Assembly: GCA_951406725.2 (NCBI GenBank)
Contig: OX597816.1
Location: forward strand, 57,908,001 to 57,972,000
DNA from: Octopus vulgaris
Lineage: Eukaryota
DNA: 64,000 bases
Direction: 5' to 3'
Part shown: piece after piece, positions 1-12,600 of the stretch
Position numbering within the stretch: position 1 is the stretch's first letter
Layout: each line of letters starts with the position of its first letter
The notes under the pieces: generated by a model
What the model saw: the letters and a program-made list of their open reading frames with translations, nothing else
The model's database searches: none
What the model was told of the DNA's origin: nothing
Made by a program: the position numbers and the translations under genes

Positions 1-251
1 TTGAAATAATGCATTCTTCCAGGAGTGAAAAAATTCTCAAACTTGAGGGGATGGGCCCCCATATATAGATTCTAATGGCGCAGGGGTCCACTCGCCATTG
101 GGCAAGCTGGCCAGTCCACCACTGGTTGTAGCAAAAAATGAGTACTAGCTAAAATGTCTGTCAAAATAACATTGATAAAATAATGTGAAGAGCACTGCTA
201 ACACAGGAGGATATGGTGTTGATTTATAAAAACATTCACTATGCTTTATAG

Positions 252-459
252 CAGTGGTTCCCAACATTTTAGCACTTGTGAGCCCTTACCCAAAAGCTTG
301 AAACCCACGTGACCCCCTACTATTAGTAGAGCATAAAAAAATATAATTGATGAGTTGAAACTAATATTATTCCAAGCCACTTCTAGCAAGGTTATGTGAC
401 CTCACTACTAAGGCTTCTTGGCCTCAGAGGGATCAGGAACCACTGGTAGGGAACCCCTA
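252..459. mobile_element. hAT-type MITE
   Basis: Starts CAGTGGTTCCC, ends GGGAACCCCTA (imperfect TIR); 8-bp direct repeat CTTTATAG at 244-251 and 460-467. Confidence 0.7.
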
Positions 460-652
460 CTTTATAGTATATTATGGTTGCATAATGAAATTCCATGTGC
501 CTGCAAGTCTTTAATTGAGAATAGAGTCTTTCTTTATCAATTAGATGGAGACATTAAGAATATTAAGATAAAGATGTTCCAGTGGAGAAAGATGGTGCTG
601 CCACTGTCAATGATGATGGTTGTGTGTGTGAATGAAGTTAACAAATAATTAC

Positions 653-698
653 CTTGACTCCAAAAATGGTCAGCATGGGTTCAGTCCAGGTAATGTTT
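653..698 (-). CDS. FANCA: FANCA exon (second part of human exon 37), 46 nt, phase 2-0: NITWTEPMLTIFGVK
   Basis: ttcaacatcactag|A...AAG|gtaatt; phase fits; the downstream partner exon is outside the window. Confidence 0.72.
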
Positions 699-3600
699 CT
701 AGTGATGTTGAAAATAATGAAAAGGTAATTAAAACACGTTTCGAAATTGTAAAATGATAATTAGGGTAGATATCAACTTTGTTTAACAGCCACTTTTCCA
801 TGCTTCCATGGGTCACTTGGAATTGGTTAAGGTGGATTCTCTAAGACCGGATGCCCTCTCTGTCATCAACCTGCACCCGTTTCCATGGTAATATTTCTCC
901 CATGACAAGACATGTCTTCATAGAATATTGGAAACAAAGAACAGAGCTTGCATGATGGTGAAACTTGTTTACAACTGTCAAGTGGTATCAAGGCAATGAC
1001 ACACAAACACAGCTACATGATGGGCTTCTTTCAGTTTCCACCTACCAAATTCACTCACAAGACTTTGGTCAGCCTGAGGTTAAAGCAGAAGACACTTGCC
1101 CAAAGTGCCATGCAATGAGATTGAACCCAAAACCATGTGGTTGGGGAGCAAGCTTCTTACCACACAGTCACACCTGTGCCTCCATAATTAAATTTAAAAT
1201 AGCAAACTGGCAATTAGAGTACTCTTTATTTTTTTTACTCTTTTTACTTGTTTCAGTCATTTGACTGTGGCCATGCTGGAGCACCACCTTTAGTCGAGCA
1301 AATCGACCTTAGGACTAATTCTTTGTAAGCCTAGTACTTATTCGGTCGGTCTCTTTTGCTGAACTGCTAAGTTACGGGGACGTAAACACACCGGCATCGG
1401 TTTGTCGGGGGACAAACACAGACACACAAACATATACACACACATGCATATATACGACGGGCTTCTTTCAGTTTCCGTCTACCAAATCCACTCACAAGGC
1501 TTTGGTCGGCTCGAGGCTATAGTAGAAGACACTTGCCCAAGGTGCCACGCAATGGGACTGAACCCAGAACCATGTGGTTTGTAAGCAAGCTACTTACCAC
1601 ACAGCCACTCCTACGTAGATGTTAGAGAGAGAATATTTTCTCAAAGTCAATCCATGCGAGAGTGGAGAAGCAGACATGATAATAATTCCTAATATTGGCA
1701 CAAGGCCAGTAAATTAGTGGGTGGTGGGGCAATTGATGACACCAACCCCAGGGATGAAATGGCTCTTATTGTATTGACACCAAAAAGATGAAAGGCAAGA
1801 ATCAGCCTGAGTGGAATTGGAATCCAGAACATAAACAGCCAGAACAAATGCCACTAAGCATTTTGTCTGAGTTGTGGCCGATGCAGTCTTGAAAAGTATC
1901 GATTTGGTACTGGTAGCACAATTTAGTAACTCTATGCAGTTCTGTCACACAGCAAATAGGGATCAGACTGGCTGTCTTGAAATTATCTTTGAAGTTCTTT
2001 AAAATCCAGATTACTTCAGATTATGTTTCTTGAAAAAGTGTTGCTTTGATTCTTGTCATAACCAGCCAAAATATTCCACCTGTTTTACATTCAAACTAGT
2101 CATGTCTGGCCTCTCACACCAACCCTACAATACCATTCTAAAAATTAACCGTTACCTAATCAAATTTTCAAAGCTACGCACAAATACCGCTGAGCATTTC
2201 TCCCAGCGTGCTAACGTTTCTACCAGCTCGCTGCCTTTAACAACAATTCTTTTCTATTCTAGGCACAAGGCCTGAAATTCTTGGAGAGAGGGCCCAGTCG
2301 ATTAGATTGACCCCAGTACGCAATGGGTACTTAATTTATTGACCCTGAAAGGATGAAAGGCAAAGTCAACCTCAGCGGAATTTGAACTCAGAACGTAGCG
2401 GTAGACGAAATACCACTAAGTATTTCGCTCGGTGTGCTAACGTTTGTGCCAGCTCACCACCTGACAGAATAATGTGAATGCTAAAGAGTTAAAGTTGCTG
2501 TTTGGTACCAAGTTCCATTTTCCCAAATATTTCCCATTTCAAAGTGTGATTTACTGTTGTTTTTCTTCCTCAGTCATGGTTTAAAAACATAAATGAAACC
2601 CAGATTAAAAAACAAAAAAAATATAATGGATCTTAGGTCCAACTTTTCTCTCAAGGTACTTACACTCTGTCGAGTATGAACACTGGATGTGTAATGTCAG
2701 TGTTCATACTTGACAGAGTGTTAAGTACCTTGAGAGAAAAGTTGGACCTAAGAAGCATCAGTTGTGGTGTGCAAGAGAGACGATTGTGCTGGTATGGTCA
2801 TGTGGCGAGAATGGATGAAGATAGTTGTGTGAAAAAGTGTCACACCCTAGCGGTTGAGGGAACCTGTGGAAGAGGTAGACCCAGGAAAACCTGGAACGAG
2901 GTGGTGAAGCATGACCTTCGAACATTAGGTCTCACCGAGGCAATGACTAGTGACCAAGACCTTTGGAAGTGTGCTGTGCATGAGAAGACCCAGCAGGACA
3001 AGTGAGACCATAACTCGTGACCTCTACCTGGGATGTAGCCAGTCCACTTATATGCATACCTTTCCTTCTTGGGACACAAAACTCTGCTTGCGAAGACCTG
3101 TTGAGGCAAGTGAAATCAAAATCGATCAAAAATCAATGGAAATTGCAGTTGTGATACCAGTGCCGGTGGCACGTAAAACAACCATCCAATGTGGCCTCCG
3201 TGCCGGTGGCACATAAAAAGCACCAACCGATCGTAGCTGTTGCCAGCCTCGTCTGGCACCTGTGCCGGTGGCATGTAAAAAGCACCCACTACACTCACGG
3301 AGTGGTTGGCGTTAGGAAGGGCATCAAGCTGTAGAAAAACTGCCAGATCAGACTGGGCCTAGTGCAGCCTCCTGGCTTCTCAGATCCCAGTCAAACCGTC
3401 CAACCCATGCTAGCATGGAAAGCAGACGTTGGATGATGATGATGAATGGATGTGAGCTGAAGAGAATTATATAAAAAGAGACGTTAATCATACCGTTGCA
3501 GAACGAGAGAAGCTAGAGCTGCTGCTACTGCTTGTAGTAGTACCAAGGGAGTCTCAGCATCAAGTGGCCTGAAGGTTTCCCTGTGTAGAGAAAACATATA

Positions 3601-6600
3601 TATACATATATGCTCTGTTTTAGTATCTGGCTTGCAAGAGTCTTTATGTGCATTCATGTGTTGAAGCAAATTATGTTGTGTCTGGGGAGAGTCATATTGT
3701 CTTAACCGTTTCGTTACCAACCCAACTGAAACCACTTCTGGCTCCGTAGTACAAACGTCTTGTTTTCATAGGTTTTGAATTAAAATCTTTCACCAAACCT
3801 TAGTCACAATTTATGTTCCTAACACTACCTAAATGATAACTAAGTTATTTTACTAAATTCTTTGTTATATTTAAAAGTAATTGAAAGAAACACAGAGCAC
3901 CTCAATAGAAATATGGTAACGAAAGGGTTAAAATATATAATAGAGAAACAATTCTTAACCCTTTCATTACCAACCCAACTGAAACCACTTCTGGCTCTGT
4001 AGTACAAACGTCTTGTTTTCATAGGTTTTGAATTAAAATCTTTCACCAAACCTTAGTCACAATTTATGTTCCTAACACTACATGAATGATAACTAAGTGA
4101 TTTTACTAAATTCTTTGTTATATTTAAAATTAATTGAAAGAAACACAGAGCATCTCAATAGAAATATGGTAAGAAAAGGGTTAAAATATATAATAGAGAA
4201 ACAATTCTTAACCCTTTTCTTACCAGCCTACCTGAAACAGTCTTTCGCTCCGTAGTACAAATGTCTTGTTTCCATAAGTTTTGAATTAAAATCTTCCACC
4301 AAATCTTAGTCGCAATTTATGTTCCTAACACTAGCTTAATGATAACTAAGTTATTTTACTAAATTCTTTGTTATATTTAAAATTAACTGAAAGAAACACA
4401 GAGCATCTCAAAATAAATACAGTAATGAAAGGGTTAATGCCTTATCTAACACACTCACTGGTTCAATTTCCACTCATTTATTATTTATATTTTATATTTT
4501 TATTATATTTTTTCTCCAAAAAAAAAAAAAAAAGTGGAAATCGAACCAGGATAATAAAGCATTAAGACAATATGAGTATCCCTAGACATAATATATATAT
4601 ACACACATACATATATATATATGTTGCATTGGTGCACAATGAATGTTTTTTTAAAATTCTAAAACTGTTGTAAATTAAATTAATTATGTACCAACCTAAA
4701 ACACACACACACAAGTATATGAAACAGACTTAACTGTGATCCCACCCTCCTCCTCATTCCTCTTGCCTTTCCTTTCACCTCACATACACAATCCAATTAC
4801 ACACCCATTAACCCATTCCATCCATCTTGCTCTTCAAAAACCACACACACACTACTACCCACACTCGATACCCATCTCACGACATGAATATACTATTGTA
4901 TGCACACACATGCCTGCCCCTCTTTCATTCCCCCCACAAACTACATTCTTACTTAGTCCCTAACCTCTCACCCCACCCTCTTTTTTTAAATTTCTCAACT
5001 ATTTTACTCCTTTCTCATTCTCCCTATGCCATTCTTTTGATGAAGGACTGATGCTCGAAACATTAAAACTTGTCCCTTCTTTCTTTTAAGCATAAAATAC
5101 AAGATTTGTTAAAACTTGCTTCTCCCCATCCAGTCTTGCAACCTCTTTAACATGTCATCTCTCTTTCATCCTCCTCTTTACTGCATCATCATTTCTACTC
5201 AGCTGTTCTGCACCATCAAACACTTCCTACCCTACTCTCTCCACTCCCTCTCAGTGGCACCTCAGTCCCACTTCATTCCTACCCACCTTACATACCTATT
5301 TCTTTACTACCCTCAAGGGGCTAAACACAAAGAGTACAAACAAGGACAGACAAACAGATTAAGTCGATTACATCGACCCCAGTGCGTAACTGGTACTTAT
5401 TTAATCGACCCCGAAAGGAGGAAAGGCAAAGTTGACCATGGCGGAATTTGAACTCAGAACATAGCGGCAGACGAAATACCACTAAGCATTTCATCCATCA
5501 TGTTATTGTTTCTGCCAGCTCGCCGCCTTACATACCTTGAAGGTCCTTTCTGACCCCACCCCATCACATGTACCACTGTCCAGCCCCACCAATTCTAAAA
5601 CATGAGTAGTCAGGTTGCTCTTCTACATCTGATTCCCCTTATCTCAGAACATAAAGACAGATGAAAGACCTATTTCTTTACTACCCACAAGGGGCTAAAC
5701 ACAGAGTGGACAAACAAGGACAGACAAACGGATTAAGTTGATTATATCAACCTCAAAAGGATGAAAGGCAAAGTTGACCTCGGCGGAATTTGAACTCAGA
5801 ACGTAGTGGCAGACAAAATACTGCTAAGCATTTCGCCCAGCTTGCTAACGTTTCTGCCAGCTCGCCGCCTGACAGAATAATGTGAATGCTAAAGAGTTAA
5901 AGTTGCTCTTTGATACCTTTTTTTTAACCCATCTGATTCCCTTTATCTTCTCCCTTGTACTCATCTGATTCCCCTTATCTTCAGTTTTATCTCTCAACTC
6001 ATTCATACCCTATTAGTCAATCACACAGTACTCGCTTTATTTCTTTCTAGTCTTCACAAATCTTCCCTCATTCAAAGTCTCCATCTTATTACCATGCAGT
6101 ATTGCACTTTGTACACAAGCATCATACAATCTGCCCATCACTCTGATGGACAAACCATTTATTACCAGTCATAGCACTAAGCTTTTCTTAGCTTGTTCTT
6201 AATCTGGCTACTCTGCTTTCAAAACACCCACCTTCACAGCTAATTATGTTACTAAGGAAGCAAAAACTGCAATCAACTATGGCTAGGTCAACCTTTAAAA
6301 GTTCATTCCTAATAGATAAAATGCTTGTACTTACCATTCATCAGACATTTGAAATTTTAGAATGCAATTAATTATTGTCTGCAAATTCTTCTGTTCTATA
6401 AGCAGATGATAAAATTTCCAATTTTTCCCATGAACCTTTTAAAGATGAAAAAGAAATATTGCCTATTTTTTTTTCTCCAAATAAAAGTACATTCCTGCAA
6501 ATTCTTCTATAAGATAATGGTAAAAATTTCCAGTAGATATTCCTACATTACCAAATTTGTAACTTGAATGTTGATTTTTATATATGTGCATATATATATA

Positions 6601-9600
6601 GGGGTTGGACAAAATAATGGAAACACCTTAAAATTACAAACAAATTTATTTTAATATGGGGTAGGACCGCCTTTGGCAGTAATTACAGCTTGAATTCTAT
6701 GAGGTATGGACTTGTACAAAGTTTGAATTGTTTCCAAAGGAATATTTGTCCATTTTTCAGCTAAGGTTAATGACTCCTTACTTGTTTTTCTAAAATGCAT
6801 CATAAATGTTCAATAATATTGAGATTTGGAGACTGTGGTGGCCAGATAAGATGTTCAACTTCACTAGAAATTTTCCTTGTGCCATTCAGTAACAACTTTA
6901 GCTGTGTGAATTGGTACCTTATCATTCTGAAAGATTGCGTTTCCATCTGGAAAGAGTTCCACAACCATAGGATAAATTTGATCAGATACAATGCTTAAAT
7001 AGTCTTGACTATTAATTCTCTGCCATCAAGGGAAACCATTGGGTCGGTGGATTTCCAACATATAGCCCCGCCAGATCATCACATATCTTCCTCCATGTTT
7101 AACAGTTGGAACAAGGCAGTCTTTGGTCAAATGCTTCTTTTGGCTCTCTCCACATGTATACTCAGCCGGTGGTCGGAAATAGGGTAAAGGATGATTTGTC
7201 CGAGAAAATAACAGTCTTCCACTGCTCTAGGGACTAATTCTGTATGTTTTTACTCCACTCTAAACGCTTTGCAACGTGTGTGCAGTAGTAGTGAGGGAGG
7301 TGGCTTTTTACCAGCTGATGAAAGGTTAGAGTATGAATAGAGGACAAAAGTAAGTGTCTTGCAGTAAAGGAGATACATGGCTGAGAGAGAGAGAGAGAGA
7401 GAGAGAGATGGTGAAGATGTGATAGGGCATATAGCTGTGTTGCAGGGAAATGTATAGAGTGAAGTGGACCAGGGACTGGAGAGGGTCCATTTCACTACAA
7501 GTTATGAGTACAATTAAACAAAAGGGTTGATCCATTGTTAAATTGTAGAAATGTAGCTAAGAAAATAAATTTGCATAAAAAGGTAACTTACCATTAACGA
7601 TGTCCATAGCAGTGGACATTCTGTTAGTAATCTTTGAAACAAGTCATCAGAAATGGTCTGTCTTAACATTACAATACCCTGAGGAAGAGAAAAAATATAA
7701 GCATATAGAATACCTATTTCTTTATTACCCACAAGGGGCTAAACACAGAGGGGACAAACAAGGACAGAAATAGTTAAGTCGATTATATCGACCCCAGTGC
7801 GTAACTGGTACTTATTTAATCGACCCCGAAAGGATGAAAGGCAAAGTCGACCTCGGCGGAATTTGAACTTGCAACGTAACGACAGACGAAATACGGCTAC
7901 GCATTTGGCCCAGCATGCTAACATTTCTGCCAAGAATACATAGCAGAGGAGAGGCGGAAGAATACTGGAATACATTTCATAACAGGGGCAGCAGAATACC
8001 AAAACACATTTCCATAGTAGGGGCAGCAGAATACCAGAATACATTTCCATAGTAGGGGCAGCAGAATACCAGAATACATAGCATAGGAGAGGCGGAAGAA
8101 TACTGGAATACATTTCATAGCAGGGGCAGCAGAATACCAGAATACATAGTATAGGAGAGGTGGAAGAATACCAGAATACATTTCCATAGTAGGGGCAGCA
8201 GAATACCAGAATACATAGCATAGGAGAGCCGGAAGAATACCAGAATACGTTTCCATAGTAGGGGCAGCAGAATACCAGAATACATAGCAGAGGAGAGGCG
8301 GAAGAATACTGGCATACATTTCATAGCAGGGGCAGCAGAATATCAGAATACATAGTATAGGAGAGGTGAAAGAATACCAGAATACATTTCCATAGTGGGG
8401 GCAGCAGAATACCAGAATACATAGCATAGGAGAGGCGGAAGAATACCAGAATACGTTTCCATAGTAGGGGCAGCAGAATACCAGAATACATTTCATAGCA
8501 GGGGCAGCAGAATACCAGAATACATAGTGTAACAACAGGGAGAATTGTTATTTTGATACATAAGAAAAAACAAAAAAAAATCCCATATACTTTTTTGATT
8601 TTACAACTTTGTTTCTTTGCTGCAAAACATACAATATGAATTACATCTGAGTTAATATTCAGATTCAGTTTCCTGTTTATAGATTCAGAGTATTGTAATT
8701 TGTTTGAAGCATTGAAAAGTGTGAATGATATAAATGTTTTTAAAAATACTTTTAAGTAATGCAAATGAGAAATTAGGCAAAATACATCAGGTGATGTCAA
8801 TATATAAAAACAAAACAAATTGCATCACTCTATAAAGGTTGTTTAATGGTTTTATTATATTTTGGGGAAGCTTTCTTTTATCAAATATAAGATAGAAAAT
8901 AATCCAAGAATTTGGAGAAAAGGTGTTATTATTGGCAGATCTGTTGCTATTAGTACTATTGTCTAGCTTAATCTGGTGCCACAATATAATTACAGTAATC
9001 CATTCTTGGTTTCTGTCACAACACACTGAGATGGCCTGCCAATAATAACTCTTGGATTATTTACTGTCTTGTATTTGAAAGAGGGAAACTTTCCCGAAAT
9101 ATAAGAGAAACATTAAACAACCTGTTTAAAATGAGACAATATCTTACCTGTCTTTTATATACTGACATCACCTTACATGTTTTACCTAACTTCTCACCTG
9201 CATTGATTAAAGGTCTTAAAAATATTTTTCTCTTATTCTTTTACTAGTTTTGCTCATTTGATTGTGGCCATACTGGAGTACAGTCTTCAAAGGTTTTAGG
9301 CTATCGTAACAAACTCCCATACTTCAAGTAATCTTATCTCAATATCTTTTTTTGTAAACTGGTAGCATTGTGTCAAACTCTAACACCTTATTTTATCAAT
9401 CTTTATTTATTGAATAGCTAAGTTATCTTTTAAAACCAACATTGGGTTTTTTGACAGTGTTGTGTCAAACATAAATACACAGGCGCAGGAGTGGCTGTGT
9501 GGTAAGTAGCTTGTTTACCAACCACATGGTTCCGGGTTCAGTCCCACTGCGTGGCACCTTGAGCAAGTGTCTTCTACTATAGCCTCGGGCCGACCAAAGC

Positions 9601-12600
9601 CTTGCGAGTGGATTTGGTAGATGGAAACTGAAAGAAACCCGTCGTATATATGTATATATATGTGTGTGTGTGTGTTTGTGTGTCTGTGTTTGTCCCCCTA
9701 GCAGTCAAATGACTGAAACAAGTAAAAGAGAGAGAGAGAGAGCTATTTCCATTTTCCTCCGCACTTTCGCGCCAATCCCCCACCCTACAGTAAAAAACAT
9801 CTGTGCCAGCACCACATAATTAAAACCAACCATACCAATACCACATAAAAATGTATCTAGGAGAGTATTGGAGTTCGCTTGAAGCATTGTGTGAACTCTC
9901 TTACTCTTTTACTTGTTTCAGTCATTTGACTGTGGCCATGCTGGAGCATCGCCTTTAATTGAGCAACTCGACCCCGGGACTCACTCTTTGTAAGCCCAGT
10001 ACTTATTCTATCGGTCTCTTTTTGCCGAACCGCTAAGTGACGTTAACACAGCAGCATTGGTTGTCAAGCACTGCTAGGGGGACAAACACAGACACACAAA
10101 CACACTCATACAAATATATATATATATATATATATATACACGACAGGCTTCCTTCAGTTTCCGTCTACCAAATCCACTCACAAGGCATTGGTCGGCCCGG
10201 GGCTATAGCAGAAGACACTTGCCCAAGATGCCACGCAGAGGGACTGAACCCGGAACCATGTGGCTGGTTAGCAAGCTACTTACCACACAGCCACTCCCGC
10301 GCCTATGGCTATTTACCACACTGCCACTCCTGTGTAAAGAATAAAAAGTTTTGAATGGTACAACAATGTACTTTAATACAAACAATGGGCTATATACCTG
10401 TTGTAATTTAGTCCAGCGACTCCATCTAAGAATATCCGAAGAAGGAATATTATTCCGAAATATCGTATCAGACTATGGATGACTAAATTACAACAGGTAT
10501 ATAACCCATTGTGAAGGCGCATGGCTCAGTGGTTAGAGCGTCGAGCTCGAATCCCGGACCGGGCTGCGTGTTGTGTTCTTGAGCAAGGCACTTTATTTCA
10601 CGTTGCTCCAGTTCACTCAGCTGTAGAAATGAGTTGCGATGTCACTGGTGCCAAGCTGTATCGACCTTTGTCTTTCCCTTGGATAACACTGGTGGCGTGG
10701 AGAGGGGAGGCTGGTATGCATGGGCGACTGCTGGTCTTCCATAAACAACCTTGCCCGGACTTGTGTCTAGGAGGGTAACTTTCTAGGTGCAATCCCATGG
10801 TCATTCATGACCGAAGGGGGTCTTTATATAACCCATTGCCTGTATTATAGTGCATTGTTGTACCATTCAAAACTTTTTATTCTTTAAAAATGCATCTATA
10901 CTGGCACCACGTAAAAAATGCACCCGTGATGGCACCACATAGAAATCCTGTGCAAACACCACACTCTGTAAAATGGTTTGACATTAAGAAGGGCATCCAG
11001 CTGTAGAACCCAAACTAGAACAGACAATTGGAGGCTGGGTCATCCCTCTGGCTTGCCAGCTCTTGTCAACCCATCTAATCCATGCCAGCATGAAAAACAT
11101 GCTGAATAATGGTGATAAAGATGATGATGGTAGTAGCTGGTTGAAACTTGTTAAGGCAAGTGTCCTTTCTGATGGCAACCCTTCCTTTTTAAGATTACAC
11201 AACATCAAGCAAGAAAAACACGACCAAGGTACCATTCGAGCGTGATCGTTACCAGCGTTGCCTTACTCGAGCCCTGTGCTAGTAGGGTATTAAGATCACC
11301 ATCTGAGCGTGATCGTTGCCAGAGCGGCTATCTGGCCTCCATGCCGGTGGCATGTAAAAGACACCATCTGAGCGTGACCGTTACCAGCATCGCCTTACTG
11401 GCACCTGTGCCGGTGGCATGCGTAAAAGATTCGAGCGAGGTCGTTGCCAGTACCGCCTGACTGGCCCCATGCCGGTGGCACGTAAAAAGCACCCACTACA
11501 CTCTCGGAGTGGTTGGCGTTAGGAAGGGCATGCAGCTGTAGAAACTCTACCCGATCAAGATTGAAGCCCGGTGCAGCCATCTGGTTCGCCAGCCCTCAGT
11601 CATTCATCCAACCCATGCTAGCATGGAAAGCGGACGTTAAACGATGTTGATACTAAATCACATTACAAAAATGCTATCCTATCAACCATATCAGATTACA
11701 TTAAATACTATAGTTTAAAGGCGGTGCTCCAGCATGGCCATAGTCAAATGACAAACAAATAATAGAGAGAGAGTAATGCATTGGAAAAACATTACACAGC
11801 ACCCCTTCGTGACTACACAACATTACATTAAAAACTGGTTGGTTATGATGATGTGAGTTTCAGTTGATCCAATGAACAGAACAGCCTGCACGTGAAATTA
11901 ACATGCAAGTGGCTGAGTACTCCACAGACATGTGAACCCTTAATGCAGTTCTCAGGGAGATTCAGCATGATACAGAATGTGATAAGAATGGGCCTTTGAA
12001 ATACAGGTGCAACTCACTTTTACAAGCTGAGTGGACTAGAGCAACATGAAATAAAGTGTCTTGCTCAAGAACACAATGCGTATGCTGTGAATCAAACACA
12101 CGACCTTATGATTGTGAGCTGAACACTCCTAACCACCACTCAATCTTACACTATAAAAACACTCCACATCACTAAATTCTGTTGTGATTTTAGGTTGCAA
12201 GGTTTCTTTGTTTTCTAAAACTGTAACAAAAACAAGTCATGGGAACAATTGCAGAATTAATGGGAAGAACAACTGAAGTTGTATCTTTGTATTCAATGAG
12301 AATGGAACAGCAAGAATGAGTCGAGATAATTTTTACCTGGAAAATATGATAAACAACATCTCTGTCCAGTGTAAAACCTTCATTGATGGTGTTTCTCTGA
12401 AAGAAAGAACAAGAAAATGGAAGGCCATAAATTTTATGAAAATAAATGACATACTCTGATCTCCTTGCAATGAATTCCAATCAGACTTTATTGGTTGTGT
12501 GTTTGGTAAAGTGTACTGAATGGAAACAGAGAGTAGCTTCTGGCATTCACCTTTATTAAATAAACAGTGAGGCAGTGACCTGGCAGAGACGTAAGCACGC

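Noticed and set aside
965-1584. Recurrent ORFs with LSVSVYQIHSQGFG...EDTCPRCHA as a zinc-finger gene family
   Set aside because: Antisense translation of the family A SINE core, repeated wherever the SINE occurs.
5035-5075. Hammerhead-like TTGATGAAGG...CGAAACATT (also 38670-38705 and 50155-50180)
   Set aside because: The cores and stems are too degraded to call, though they may be old Penelope remnants.
7933-8528. CRISPR-like repeat/spacer pattern and the 160-205 aa ORFs over it
   Set aside because: The spacers are three recurring variants rather than unique sequences, there are no cas genes, and the context is a eukaryotic intron. It is a minisatellite.
8787-9026. 79-aa minus-strand ORF as an extra FANCA exon
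   Set aside because: It lies inside an inverted-repeat element, and exons 12337-12396 and 7592-7678 already join collinearly with human FANCA.
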